Source: Paecilomyces variotii
Lineage: Eukaryota
Direction: 5' to 3' (one strand)
NCBI GenBank assembly: GCA_004022145.1
Contig: RCNU01000002.1
Length of the DNA stretch: 64,000 nt
Shown: positions 1 through 13,383 of the stretch, in pieces
Layout of the letters: every line of letters begins with the position of its first letter
How positions within the stretch are numbered: position 1 is the first letter of the stretch
The notes under the pieces: generated by a model
Told to the model about the DNA's origin: nothing
Database searches by the model: none
What the model saw: only the letters and a program-made list of their open reading frames with translations
Translations under genes and position numbers: made by a program

Positions 1-3000
1 GTGGCTCCCGGTACCGTATGTGACACGTCTGCGGTATGTATGTATCTACCGGCCGCCAGGGGAGCGTAAGGGACGAAGAGTGTGAGTTAATGAGGTATCT
101 ACTCTCTCTACCTCCAGCTGCTCCCAGCCTGCGTGGCTCAGGCCACTCTGTTACAGGGTCCAGACGATCTTGTGAGTTAATAATTAGTTACGCTATATAA
201 TAATACTTGTGACCAAGCAGAGGGTTTCTGGCCCCTCAAGCTCGAGTAAGCAACAGGAAAGCAGAAGGACAAGTTATCTACAATATAATAATTAGTCCAA
301 CTGCAGTGCTGATGGTGCTGAATGCCTGATGCTGAATGCCGCAAGTAAGATGCGGAGCCTGCACAATCAGGTCACACCACAGGCAGGCTGGCAGACCTGA
401 CAGCTTCAGGTGTGCGGCACCCAGAAATGGTCTTCCATGTGTACGCAGCACACTGGACCTTTTGGGTCCTGGACTAGAGTAAAGCTGCAGTGCTTGCCAT
501 CCTTCACGGTAGACTACAGCTGCTCACAAATCTCGCGAATTATCAGCAGCGGGATGAGGAGGAAGCTCCCGGAATGGCTAAGACGGGATGTGTCGAGTCT
601 CGACAAGAGCAATTCGCGTGCAAGTGATCTCCCAAACACTACTCGAAACAGCACAGGTACGATTGCGTACCGCCTCTGTATCAGACCCTGGCGGCCCGTA
701 TCCATACACACAGTGGACCCGTTTTATTACACCATATTGTAACCACCGCTGCTCCGTCTCAGACGGCACTAGGCTGAATACATAATCATCAGTAATAAAT
801 AATAAATAATAATATACCGACAGCGAGGCCGTTAACGGGAGCAGGGATTCCCGCTGCATGCCTCGCGAATAAAGTCGCTTATCTATCCTGGAACATTGCT
901 TGTGATTATCTGCTTCGACATGGGAGTCAACACAGCAACATATGGTACAGGCAACAATATCAGATAACTAAGCAGGCACCGGTCCAGATGGTCTATCAGC
1001 CCCTCGTCCTTCTGTCGTTGATATCCTTGGCGATCAGCCTACCAGAGCGCGTGATGCTCCATTCCTGGCTGTCTCTGATACCGGATATGTGGGATGTGAT
1101 GACCCCGCGCCAGTGAAAACAATCATTGATTTCTCTATTTTTGCCTAAGCTAAGAAGCACTTCCAGATGGCCGAGAGGAACTTATTTCTCGACCGCCGTC
1201 ATGGTGGCGAATTGGCGTCGTCTCGTTGCCGGGGACCTCGGACACTGTTATGCTTATTATTTATGTTGATGGTGATGTTTGTGGCAACAAGCTCCCCGGG
1301 ATCGTCTGAGACTCTGAGATGAGCGACGCGCCACTTTTTGCAGCTTCTGACCTTCACACAACTCTCGTTTATCCATGCCCAACCTCTTCGCGACAGCGCC
1401 AGCAGCTGGTTGATGACCGGTCAGCGGATAATGCGCGAGTAACCATCTGATAGTCTCCGACAAAGCGCCCGTTTAATTGATATCAATATAAGTGGAAGGT
1501 TGCGCGCGCTCTTTCATGCTACTCGCGTTTTGTCTTGCTCTCATTTATGGGCGAAAAGGTCTACCCGGGATGGCACGAAATAGTGCCTCCTGTCCGGGGT
1601 TGTGTGTCCGTTCCTGGGCCGAGCCGTAATCTTACCTTGGGCAGCATCGCAGAACAAGGAAAAGCGTACGACAAAGAGGGCTAAAAGACAAGATGATCGG
1701 AGCGCGACCCATGGAAGCTGTTCACTCTGTGCCTGGCCTAAGACGATTGGGTAGATCCTAACGTGGATTCCGGATCCGTTCCCGACGGAAGACATTATTG
1801 GGTTCCTATCCCATTCTCTGGGTCTTTTCTTCACGGTCCGTCGTCGGGGAATGCGGATCTCCACAATATCAGGAACCGACTTGGTCTCTCAGATAGTGAA
1901 AACGGTTGGGCCAATTCGGACGGCCCGGTCGAAGTCGAGGGAAGTTTAAGGATCGTTAGGACTCGTTAGGACCCTCCGACCCAGGAATAGGGGCGCTAGA
2001 GTACGACTTCCTCGAGGGAGCGGTGATAGAGCCCATTGAACCTCCACTTAACCAGGCAGACCGCCTGTTATCAGACCATATCTTGTCTATCTGATCCCGA
2101 TGCCCCTCCATGAGTCCATCGTTTCTATGAATCAATCCGGAAAGGTTAGCATATGCAGGTGAGTCGCTTTCCGTGCAAGCGAGCTGCAATGCCACAGCGG
2201 TGGAACGGACGGGAGCGCGAGATTAGCAATCAGACTCATGTGGATCAGCGGCCGTCTCACCCATGGAAGGTTCGTAGAAGCGTTAGAAGGACTTAAAAAG
2301 TTGATCTCCACTCAATCTGGATTCTGAGGAGCATTCTAGTACGGAGGTCTGCACTATTACGTGGAAGATAATGCTGGAGACCGTTGAAATATGCCGCTTT
2401 TTGATCAAAGGGCCGCGGGGATAGAAGCCGTATCTCTCTCTACCGAGCCGCTAGCTCGAGACTACGTAGAACGTGGGAGTCTTACCGGCGTTACATTCGA
2501 GACCAGGCATCAAGTCCTCGAACCCGAGGAGCTTAAGGGGAGCAGCCATTGCCAACCTCATATATCCAGCAGCTCCCGAAAAGGCTAGCAGCTAATAGTA
2601 CCGTCATGAGGGGTCGAGCCTTTCTAAGGCCATCATAGACTGCGATAGACAGATATCTCACGCATTTCTACTCCCTATGGTTCCAAGTCTGCCAGTCTTC
2701 GTTTGCTGGTAATTGACAAATATGTCCTAAAGCTATTGATAAATCAAGAGATGGATTGCGATGTTGATATGTTCACCTCATCTCTTTTATCTCTACACGG
2801 AACCAAATCCATATTTCTATCTAATAATATCGTACATCCTACTCGAATCATGAAGTGAATCTGAACACAGTTGCTAAGCATTATTGGAGCAGATTCCTAT
2901 ATATTGCACCTTCCTTCTTTCCCTCGCTGGGTATTTTTGGCCTGTGGGAATAGTTATATCATGTCCGTGGGAGACGTCACTTCGCTATATCAAACCAACG

Positions 3001-3603
3001 TCCCCAATATGACTGCACCCTGGATTTCTTCTAGGACCATAGACGTCTAATGACTGAACAGTCTCGTTTGATCTGCTGTTTCTGTTTGGAAGATCGAGGG
3101 ATACTATATCATCGACTGGTTCTGCTGTCGATACGTTGGTCATATCGTTTTGCGGGTGATTGGTTATACACAAAGCAGTCTTAATTGTGATGGACACCTG
3201 TTGAATGACAATGTTCAATTTCTATTCATAGCTAATCCAGGCACATGTCATGCTCTGTACACTCAGAACCAGATCCCCATGGATTGTATCATCCACCAAG
3301 GCGGTCTGCAATTGGTCACGGGTACCTGCAGCAAGTGTTATAAGAGTTTCGATAGGCATCCATATGCCACTATTCACCGCTGCAGCTCATAAAGACAACG
3401 GGAATCGCCTGATTCACGGCACTTCTGTTGCTAGGGATATCTTTCACTGGACCTCCTCTGATGTCCCTCTCTGTCTCTGTCATCAGAGGCTCACCATCTT
3501 ACTCTCTTGAGTATCCTCTGAGCCAACCTGTCCGTCTCATCTCTCTCCTTGTCAATCAAGTCCTCTCTCATTGAAGAATCACAAGCCACGGTCCCTAGCA
3601 ACC

Positions 3604-4797
3604 ATGCCTCCCTTGCGTAGCGTGTACGCGGGTGGCTATAATGAAGGGATCAGGAGACAGTAAGTGGCTCTTATGTCTATCAACTCGCCCCTGTTGGGTT
3701 TGATATCTGACATCGGTCCAGGCTTGACAACATCGTGCTTCCTGATAAGTAAGAATCAATAACCTCTGCTCATGGTCACTGCTAATCAATGATATCAGGG
3801 TTAAGTGCGAGACATGTAAGAAAATTCGCATGCAGAGTGCCTTTTCCAAGAGGCAGCTGGACGTCCTGCGTAACGCCATGGTCCAGCTGGGTGCTACTGC
3901 CCTCAGTGGACCTGGATATGCGAAGTGTCGTACCTGTGTTGGAAACCAGACGGTCGAGATGACCTGTTCGAGCTGCGACAAAGTGAAGGGTCTTGACGAG
4001 TTTGCGAAGGCCCAGCGCCACAACCCCGATACTGCAGTATTGTGCCCTTTATCGACTATCCTTTTGGTCCCAAGGGTCAACTAACCCAGAACTTCAACAG
4101 AGATGCCTCAACTGTGTCCAGAATCATCTCGAAGCCGAACCAGTCCTTGAAGAGACTAGACTTCGCAAGGAAAACGACATCGAGTCTACCACTGGAACTG
4201 TGAGTGGTCGATGTCAAAGGAATACAATGAGTGACTAACTGTTCTGCCCTTCAGAGCCAGTACGACGATGGCACCACCCGCAGGTCCTTCAGAGACTTTA
4301 GCGTCGGAGATGAAGACTCCATTTTCAACTATGCTCCCAGTGTTGCCTTCACGGAAGACGAGGACGATGCTTCTGTGGGTGGAGGTGTTTGGGTCGAACC
4401 CGAACGCCAGGACGATAACTCCAATGCCAACGATGGACGTCCTTTCACCGCTTATGACTCCAAGGGCATTCCCCATCGCCGCATGGGCTCCCAGCCCCAG
4501 GCCGCCAAACCCGGCTTTCCCAGAGGAGGCAACTCTGGTGGTATTGCGACAACCGAGAGTGGTGATTTCCATGCTCCCAGGGCTCGTCCGCAGCAGAAGA
4601 AGTCTCGTGGCTTTGCGAAGATCTCGGTATTTCATGCTCTTCCCAGTATATTCGACGTGTAGCTCTCTGCTAACACACTCAAGGGTCCGCGCTTCAAACC
4701 TGGTGAAGCTCCCACCATGCGTATTCCCGAATCCAATGGCAAGATGATCGCGGAGAGCGACGATGAGGAAGGCCTTGACCCTCAGGACTACCTCTGA
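3604..4797 (+). CDS. Stc1-domain (LIM-like double zinc finger) protein, multi-exon
   Basis: ATG at 3604 (MPPLRSVYAGGY). Short GT-AG introns join CETC..SAFSKRQL..CRTC..VEMTCSSCDKVK..FAKAQR..RCLNCV, giving four CxxC pairs with Stc1-domain spacing. Acidic tail ends at TGA 4795-4797. Confidence 0.8.
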
Positions 4798-6093
4798 GCT
4801 TTTGGTCCATGGACCTCGCTACTGTTATTGCGGTTAGGGGGAAGGAGATACAGGTGAAATTACACCATCTCTGCGACTTTCGTCCATTTTACGGTTTCGA
4901 GATATATTACAATACTCGAGTAAAATAACATCCCGTTTTCAGTCTCAAAACTTCCATAAATAATATATCGAAGGGGCAGTACCATCCCATATATGCAGAT
5001 GGGGAGTGTGTTGCTATTAATAGCCCGCGGGTTCCGTAGAGTGGCGCGCACACAGGATGTCTACCATATCTAGAGTAAAGGTACCTCGAAGTGTACTTAG
5101 ACTAAGTACTAATTAATCACTGTCGCCTCCCCTTCTCTGCTGTCAAACGCGTGGAGTGAATCCGGCCCACGGAACCGCCCGAAGAACCAGAATCCATGGC
5201 ATGTTGCCGCCACCGTCCCATGGAAAACCATCAGGACGATCAGATTCCCCATGTCCAGTTCCCATGGGTATGACGACCTATAATTATTTATTACATACTT
5301 CATTCACGCATATGAGACATAATATCTAGGTTGCGGCAGCAGCGGTAAAAAAATGTCTCTGAATGCAATGCTCTATGAAGTATGTCCTTCATTGCAGGGC
5401 GCAAATCGGCATGCTTCTGTGGGCTCGGCAACCCGTCTACTCGTCAATGTGCCAGAGCGGGGTTCCCCATAGACGACCTCGCGGACCGATATTTTCAGGT
5501 GAAGCTGGAGAAGGACGTCAAGGGTACGGGATCAAACCAAAAAATAAAAGTCAATGGTGGCTAGCTAGAGCGATCATCCTGTAAACGACTGGAGAATATC
5601 AACAAGAGCCCGCGATGATCATGACGCTGCACAGCGGATGGCGAGTTACCGTCGCGCTGTCCCTCCGCAAGTGACGTCGGTTATCGACGATGGCGTTTGC
5701 ACCCTATCAGAGCCCCATCGAACTGTCCTCTTGTTCTTCGTGGATCTTCGTGCATGTATAGCCAAAAAAAAAAAAATCACCACCGTCGATATCTTCTATT
5801 TCATTCTCTTGTGCCGTCTGCCCTCGAGGATATTATTGTCAGCCTGAACCAGAGCGCCTGAACGCCATTGCTCACACTCCCGTCCTCCGGGACATTCTGA
5901 CCCCTCCTTTCCGCCTGTATCAGTCACCTGCGCGGCAGCAGCTTTTCGTCCGTGACTTTGTTGCCTAAAGGATTTGTCCCCTTCGTCAGAAGATCTATCT
6001 GGTGTCTTCGTGTTTTCTCAGAGTTACAAACGAGATTCGACGTGCTTTTACTGGGTTTCTGGAGCAGGCAAATGCGCTGAACTGCCGCTCCTC

Positions 6094-8252
6094 ATGGCGT
6101 ACCATGACGGTGATTATCGCAGCCCCTCTGTAGGCCCCTACGAGCAGAGGACCTCCAGCGACGACCTCACTGGCTCGGACTCTCGTCGACATTCTGGCTA
6201 CGCAACTCCATATCCCTCCCATTATACGGGAGATCGGATGAACATGCCAGAACCACGAGCACCATCACCTCATCCTTCGTCCTCCTATCAACAGAAGTCT
6301 CACGGTTATCAACAGTATGGTGATCAAGATGGATATGGGCATCAGCAGCAACAGGGTGGGATCAATGATGCGATCCATTCAGCATTCTACAAGACGCATC
6401 CATCGAACTACCTCAGTCCACAAGTCCTGAATCAGATCACCGATCAGGTTCTTCAGCAGCTGAAGAATACCGGCCTATACAGCACCCAGGAACAGCAGGG
6501 GTCCAGACAAAGCTCGAGTCCACAACCGGCGGGACGTGCAGAGTCATCTCATTCGGCGGCATCGATCCATGACGAAAAACACAATGCCAATTCGCCTCCT
6601 TCTCCTCGTAGGTCCCCTCGTGGGTACCCTTCACCAAAACCACAGACGAGATACCCTCCACCACCTTCTTCCGAGAGAAAGGAATCGCCTTCGACCCAGA
6701 CAAGTGACACTCAGAAAGAGTCCCGGCCTAAGGCACCTTCGAGAGCACCTACCGTTGAGGAGTTGACGACGTTGGAGAAGATATGGGACAAGTTATTCGA
6801 GGACGGCAAGCCCACAAAGAGGCTGGGCCAGTTCCTCCGAGGAATAGCTGTTCATCTGGTAAGTTTCTAGTGGAGTTCTGGTACCTTTGTTTTCGGTATG
6901 CTCCGAGGTCTAACACATACATAGATCGAAGAGTACCCACCTGGTAACACTATCGTTGCCCTTCCCGATAAGCTACAGAAGTTCTATGAAGATACAAAAG
7001 TCGCATCAGACCCTTACCCATGGCATGGTTAGTTCCCTTTGCTTTCGTCCGGATCACTCTTCCTCATACTAACTGCGGATAATTAGATATCTTTGATGAC
7101 AACACCTCGTCGATCTCTAGACTCTACAGAGCCATCGAGGCAGAGCACCATCTTGTTCAAGGGAAGCTGGACGAGAGACCTGATATCCCCGGCTTGACTC
7201 CGCGCGGATTTGAGCGTTGGGCTAGTCTGATGATCTTGGCACATCCTGAGAGGGAATTTGAGCGGCTTCAGAAGGCACTGTTGGCTATGCCCATCAGCAA
7301 CCCCGATAACAGGAAGGAGAGATTCCCCAAGGAAATCCCGAGACGATTGTTTCCAGAGGCCCCGGATCTTGCTGTGAGAGAAAAGCTAGACAAGGCCATT
7401 ATGACGCATTGCGGTGTGCCTCTGCCCCCCATCACAGAGGAAGAGCGATCTAAGGCAGCGGCGTCTCATCGTCGTACTGCTTCTAAAGAAAAGACCACTG
7501 CTGGCTCTTCCTCCACTACGACTACTACTGCAGAGCCTGCCCACTCGCATACAGAACGTGGTCGCCCATTGCAAACCGCACAAGCTTCTGCTGTCACTGA
7601 TGATGAGGACGAAGGGGTGCCAGCGCGACCAATTGAACGCGAGAGGAAGCCATATGCTGCCCAGCCAGGTGGAGGTAAGGTCTATGGTGATTCTCCGCCG
7701 CCCAGACACTCCCACGCAGAGTCATTCTCGTCCGGTACGAGACCAAAAGAATATGTCTTCGCACCGACGTCTACATCGGGGCAGAGACCATACAGCAACT
7801 ACGCCCAGGATCCGACTTACCCTCGTACTGGAGCGGAACCTGGACTATATCCTCCAACCTCGAGATATAGCCGCAGCCGCAGTCCCTCATTTGGCGCAGG
7901 TGGATCTAGTTATAGACATTCAGACGGCAACCTCTCCTCTAGTAACGGCGGCCATGGAGGATATTCAGGCAATGGTCCTTATTCTGCCTCGGCTACGTCT
8001 GCCTTCCCGGACGATGTGTTCGACGACGCCCATACTCGCCGCTATCATTACGATCGTGGTACGGAGGACGGAAGGACCTACGACACTCTCCGGGACCGGG
8101 AAAGAGATCGAGTGCGCGAAAATCCAAAGTACCACGGTTATCCTGCTCATGGAAACTGGAGCAGTGACGAGGACTACTACCGTGGGATGCTAGGTGGTCA
8201 AGGAGGTGGCCCAGTTGAAGGTGGTTCTTATAAGACCTACACATACAGATGA
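6094..8252 (+). CDS. Conserved fungal hypothetical protein (central TTLEKIW..PTKRLGQFLRG..PGLTPRGFERW..ERFPKEIPRRLFP domain, DUF7514-like), 3 exons
   Basis: ORFs 5974-6870 and 7194-8252 are joined through introns at about 6859-6924 and 7028-7087. First ATG at 6094. Low-complexity flanks surround a conserved-looking core. Confidence 0.75.
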
Positions 8253-8677
8253 TTTTCCTTTACGGGTCCGGATATGTGTATGTTCCCGTATGTTTTGAAG
8301 TCATGGTTCTGTACATGCATATATATTCTTTCCTTTCTGGACAACTAGGAGTTTTCGGCATATACGACGTTTGCTTGGAACTCTACCCCTTCCATCGAAT
8401 CTTCAGAGATGGATGCCTTATTCAAGGTCCCTTGTCTATATCCTTCTTTCATTGTATAACTTCTATTGTTTGTATAACGATGATACGCGTTTGTTCAGAA
8501 GTTTAGCATATCTGTACGTAACCATTAGCGCTAGCTATCCATGATTGGCTTCTTGTTTTATTGCTAGTCACGGATACCTCATGACGTCTCATTTTTATAT
8601 ACATTTATTGAAGCAGTTGGTCTTTTTGCCTCGATCTAACTCTGTCCTCTTTTTCTCCACGCTTTCCTATACTTTCT

Positions 8678-9628
8678 TCACTGCCTCGCGACTTCTCCTT
8701 GCAGCTTCTCGTCCATTTCCCACTCCTTACGGATCCGCATCCGATCTCTCTCTTCCCTTTTGGCCGCCTTTCTTCTCTTCTGCTCCAGCCGCTTTTTGGC
8801 TCGAATGATCCGATCCTCTTCTTCGTCGGCCTCTCGGCGCAGCTGATCCACCTCCTCTGGCTCCAGAGTCCACGGAACTGAAAGCACATCGACCAAGTAG
8901 CGAGACTGCTCATCCCAGAAACGCATTTCGGCGTTCGTATCCCGGAGCAAGGTGAACCGCTCAAGTTGCACCTGAACCGTGGAGCGGAAGGTGGAGAGCG
9001 TGCCCTTCACTTTGAACACGACGCCAGGCACCAGGTCTGTGATATCAATACGATCCTTGGCCTGCGACGATATATGCCGCGTTTCAGCCTCTGGCAAAGA
9101 ACCTGACGGGTCAGAATCCGGGCCTGCAGCGCGGGTTGCCGTCGCATTCTCGGAAACACGGTCACCTGGACGAGGCGAGGTAGCCTTAGAGACTACAATC
9201 TCGACAGTTTCGCCGCTACCATCGTCGAGGATCAAGACAGTGCGCCAGGCGTACTCGGTCCTGGCGACGATGACCCCAGCTAAGCAGACGAACTGTATGG
9301 GGTGATTGTAATAAAAGAAGATATTTTGGCCTTGGTGATTGTTAGCTTTGCATGAAGAATTCGAAGCAATGACGATTCTCCAACCCACCAGCGACCTCAG
9401 CCGAGAGAGAAAAGAAACAAAAAAAAACAATGTATCCTCTTTCATAGACACGAAAAGTAAAACGATTTAAAAGAGAGAAAAAAACCAACCTTCAAACCCC
9501 GATCTAGTCTTCAATCGATGCACATCCGTCACTGCCATCTTCACCCAAGTGAAATGCGTAGGTGAGGCCTTGTAGCAGAATGCAGGATAGAAAGTGAGTC
9601 CCACAGCATCGTCATCAGCAGCAGCCAT
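8678..9628 (-). CDS. stn1: CST complex subunit Stn1-like OB-fold protein, 2 exons
   Basis: Exon 1 reads MAAADDDAVGLTFYPAFCYKASPTHFTWVKM. Exon 2 reads QNIFFYYNHPIQFVCLAGVIV..ILDDGSG..FKVKGTLSTFR..E..FW, matching the Stn1/RPA32 OB-fold pattern. Confidence 0.8.
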
Positions 9629-9784
9629 GGGCTCATTTTTCCCTTCTTGCTAAATCCTATCTTCTCTCGGTGGAGGCTTGGACGAATGGTTAAAAAAGAA
9701 ATCTCCTCGAGGATTTTCTTTTTTTTTTCGTTTTTAACACGAATTTCTACTCCATTAACACCGAGAGACGATAATCCTGAAGAA

Positions 9785-9884
9785 TTCGCGTTGCTTTTTT
9801 CTCTATCATAAGAGAGGTCCTCTTAGGACAGAGATCCCGCAATATGATTGATTGATTGAGTTAACTATTACTTAGGAGACGCGT
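9785..9884. promoter_or_regulatory. MCB-like elements upstream of stn1
   Basis: ACGCGT at 9879-9884 and TTCGCGT at 9785-9791, 160-260 bp upstream of the ATG. Consistent with MBF-type G1/S control, but short motifs can occur by chance. Confidence 0.35.
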
Positions 9885-10426
9885 CGAGAGAATCACGATA
9901 GGGAGGAACGACATCACGTGATGTGGTGCTGCCTGCAGTGGGACTTGGAAAGCTATGACTCGCGCACTAATTAGCTTGGGTTAAGGTAATAATAGTGAGA
10001 TCTTTCCTGCATTTTGGAGGTTGTGTTGTTAAAGCTACTGTTGGATTTATTGGTGTTGGTTTGGATTTGTGTTGTATGTACATGTACCTTGTGTGGAGAT
10101 CTGTGTAACGGTGTTGATGAGTATATTATCAGGACTTTTTTTTTTCTTCTTCTTTTCTCTCTCTTTTTTTCTCGAAGATCCTTTCGAATTTACGGGGCTA
10201 TGTTTAACCGCGATGTGTTATTATTGCTGAATCAATTGAGATAAATCTTTATATTCTACATCCGACACCTCACCGCAACTCCTCAAACAATGCTAAGATC
10301 GGTCATAACTCCAGTACTTTGCTCGAGTATATGCGCTGGCCGTCGAAGAAAAGACATCGCATACTCTCGTACCGCTCAGTAAACAGATACAGTATACGTC
10401 ACGCTCGGACCCTATGACTGGACTCC

Positions 10427-11134
10427 TCAACCCATCATCCTCTTCTTCGGATTCCTCGGCATCTGTTCCTGCCTTTGTCTCTCTTCCGGAGAGATATCAT
10501 CCACGTTCGTCTCATTTACCGTACCACCCGTAGCTTCTCTCATCTCCTCATCTCTCTTCTCATGCCCGGCCGTCGCGACAGCTAGGATCTCTTTCTCCAT
10601 GCCTTCGATATGTTGCCAGGTGATCCCCGCCTCCGTCAGCTTCTTACACCCTTCTGATTCCCCGACGAATATGCCTGGCTCCTTGACGCCGAAGTAAACC
10701 TTGTCTATACCCTTATGGCCGCCTTGTCTGGTTTGAATAATCCTCTCCACGCATGGCAGGTTCCCTGATAGTCGTCGCCCGCAGGGTTCCATGGTCACGT
10801 ACATGATCAGTTTCTTGTCGGGTTCTTCTGGGAGGACTTCGTAGACTCGTTCGTCGGGGACTGAGTGGACGGCAGCGTAGTTGGAGAGGCAACATTGCTC
10901 GGCATGCGTGTTGCCTGCCAGCTCGAGGGTGTAGCCAGTCGAGAGGATCCGGTCATTGACCGTCGTGTCGGGTTCATTGGCAGGGCGCTGGACGAGGATT
11001 GCACCGACGCGGAAGTTTGTCGGACGAGGAGGAGACTTCTCTGCTAGTGAGAGACATCGTCGTAAGTAGGCAAGATGAGATGGTGATGATGATGATGATG
11101 CGGGGGCGGGGTTTGCGGTAGGTTGAGAAGTCAT
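10427..11134 (-). CDS. DRAP deaminase (riboflavin synthesis, RIB2-type cytidine-deaminase fold), single exon
   Basis: Zinc motifs HAEQCC and TMEPC..RLSGNLPC, plus FRVGAIL, STGYTLELAGNT and VYFGVKEP. Confidence 0.85.
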   Translation of the reverse strand: MTSQPTANPAPASSSSSPSHLAYLRRCLSLAEKSPPRPTNFRVGAILVQRPANEPDTTVNDRILSTGYTLELAGNTHAEQCCLSNYAAVHSVPDERVYEVLPEEPDKKLIMYVTMEPCGRRLSGNLPCVERIIQTRQGGHKGIDKVYFGVKEPGIFVGESEGCKKLTEAGITWQHIEGMEKEILAVATAGHEKRDEEMREATGGTVNETNVDDISPEERQRQEQMPRNPKKRMMG

Positions 11135-11576
11135 TGTGGTAATCTTCTTGAAGGTACGAGGGGTATATTAAGATCTTTGATTTATTTCATATATGGTCAT
11201 GCCTGTTCAATTTAAATTGTCCGTAGGCCTTGCGTATAGTGAGAAGAAATTAGACCTGCAACAGAGGTGACAGTTCCATATGAAGCTCGATCCTCTGCCC
11301 GGTGGAGCCCGAGTGAAGCTAGTCAGATACTTATGACGGCAGAGTGCGGAGCGGGAGATCTTCCGTGGTCGCGTCGCCGTCCGCGTTCCACTTAATGCGT
11401 GTTTGCGCCAGACAAGGCCCAGACCTGACAAACGACCAGATCAAATTACTACATCTCAGTTTGAATTCTGCTGTCCTGGCTGTCCTCTTCTCGGTTGCAA
11501 TTATCCAGCATCAATTTGAGTCTATCGAGGACTTGTGCCCACTTATTTCAGGTCAACCTCAATCCCAGCTGAAGCC

Positions 11577-12539
11577 ATGTCGCGCGACGAAGAGCTTACC
11601 GAGGATCCCCCTTCGTCCATCAACCCCTACGAAGTTCTTGGGGTAGAAGAAAAAGCCACGGCGGATGAGATCAAGTCAGCATACAGAAAGAAAGCTCTAA
11701 GACATCATCCTGGTATGTTCTTACCCCATCGAAAGTCTACAGCAAATGCAACTGGAGTGTGAGACTGACCGTTATTAGACAAGGCGCAAGCAGACCAGAA
11801 AGATGAAGCGAACAAGAAGTTCCAAGAAATCGCCTTTGCATATGCTATCCTGTCAGATGAGCGACGACGCCGGCGGTATGACCTGACGGGCAATACGTCC
11901 GAGACGCTCGACCTAGAGGACGATGACTTCAACTGGATGGAATTCTACCGCGAGCAGTTTTCGAGCATGGTCGACAGTAGCGCGATAGAGAAGATCAAGA
12001 AAGAATACCAGGGCTCTGACCAGGAGAGGCAGGATTTACTTGCCGCTTTCGAGAGGCACAAGGGCAATATGGACCTTGTCTATGAGACTGTCATGTTGAG
12101 CAGCATCTTGGATGATGATGAGCGGTTTCGCCGTATCATCGACGATGCAATTCAGAAGAAAGAAGTGACAGCCTGGGACGAATATGTGAATGAATCGAAA
12201 GTGACGCGGGATCGAAGGCTAGAAAACGCACGCAAAGAAGCCGCGGAGGCCGAAGAGTTGGCCAAGGACCTAGGCGTGGAGGATAAACTCAGTGGAAAGG
12301 GACGTGGAAAGGGCAAGAAGAAGAAGGCGACCAAAGCAGATGATAACGAACTCGCAGCCCTGATTCAGCAGCGACAGCAGAGCCGGGCTGCAAACTTCTT
12401 TGATGACTTGGAAGCCAAATACGCTCAACCCAAGAAGGGCTCGGGAAAGAGCAAGAAGCGCCGCGCAGATGAACCACCGGAAGAAGCATTTGCGGCAGTT
12501 GGAGCTCGAAAAGGCTCAAAGAAGAAGGCCAAGGCCTGA
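11577..12539 (+). CDS. DnaJ-domain protein, DNAJC9-like
   Basis: NPYEVLGV..IKSAYRKKALRHHP|DK: the HPD motif is split by an intron at about 11713-11778. Followed by FQEIAFAYAILSD..RRRYD, YQGSDQE and a C-terminal FFDDLEAKY. Confidence 0.9.
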
Positions 12540-13383
12540 TCTCTGTGTCACTGCCAGATGGACGAATGATTAGTTCCCATCGTATTCTTATAAGACGCTT
12601 GTTACTCTCAATTGATGTGAATCTTTTAGCACAGGAGTTTGGGATTTTTACTGCTGGGTGGATTATCTTGGCAGTTAATGTTTATGCCCTGTTTCGTTGA
12701 TGATTCGGTGGATTGGGAAACAGATCCTGTATCATATCTATTGATATCTCTCAGGTATTCAGTTGGTTACATTTTGTCTTCAAATTGTACGTGAGTTGTT
12801 TTCATAGCCATATGTGCCTCGTGTGGCCATAGAGGTAAGCTCCTTCCAACATAGAGTGGACACATGGTGGTCCGCTACTGCTAGTATTCTCCGTTCTGTA
12901 TCTGCTTTAAAGTCTTGCCTTTGTCCAAACCACAAAGAAAACCCATTGAGATACTATTACTATGCGCAGGAAAATGTCCCCAGCTGTGCAGTAATGGTTA
13001 AACAGTGCCTATCTACTCATGTGGTGGAAAGCATTGTTCCAGTTTCCATTGTATTCTACGATACCATCAAACACTATAGAAGACCCCGTGACGGCCAAGA
13101 AATACGCCCATTGTCCTAATATGCATGTCTCGCCTCTCACTACAGGCTGTGTGGACCTCAGCTTCAAGGAATTATCCCCTTTGCCGAAACCACTGCCATT
13201 TGAACGAACAGACAAATCCCAGCGTGACGGTAACTAGCCAAAAGCCACGCGCTGGTACCCCGAGCATGGTACCAAAGTTCGGACGAATTGCTAACGTAAA
13301 GCTGTCTTTAAATTAGGTCTTTAGAAAATTGAAGCCTTTTATACGTGCAGCTCCGTCATCAGCCATTCAAAACACTCATCACG

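Noticed and set aside
5093-5109. Palindrome GTACTTAG-A-CTAAGTAC
   Set aside because: An isolated 8-bp arm pair is expected occasionally by chance, and there is no associated element.
3604-12539. Stc1, Stn1 and DNAJC9 as a chromatin/telomere gene cluster
   Set aside because: Interspersed with unrelated genes, and there is no evidence of co-regulation beyond short CGCG motifs.
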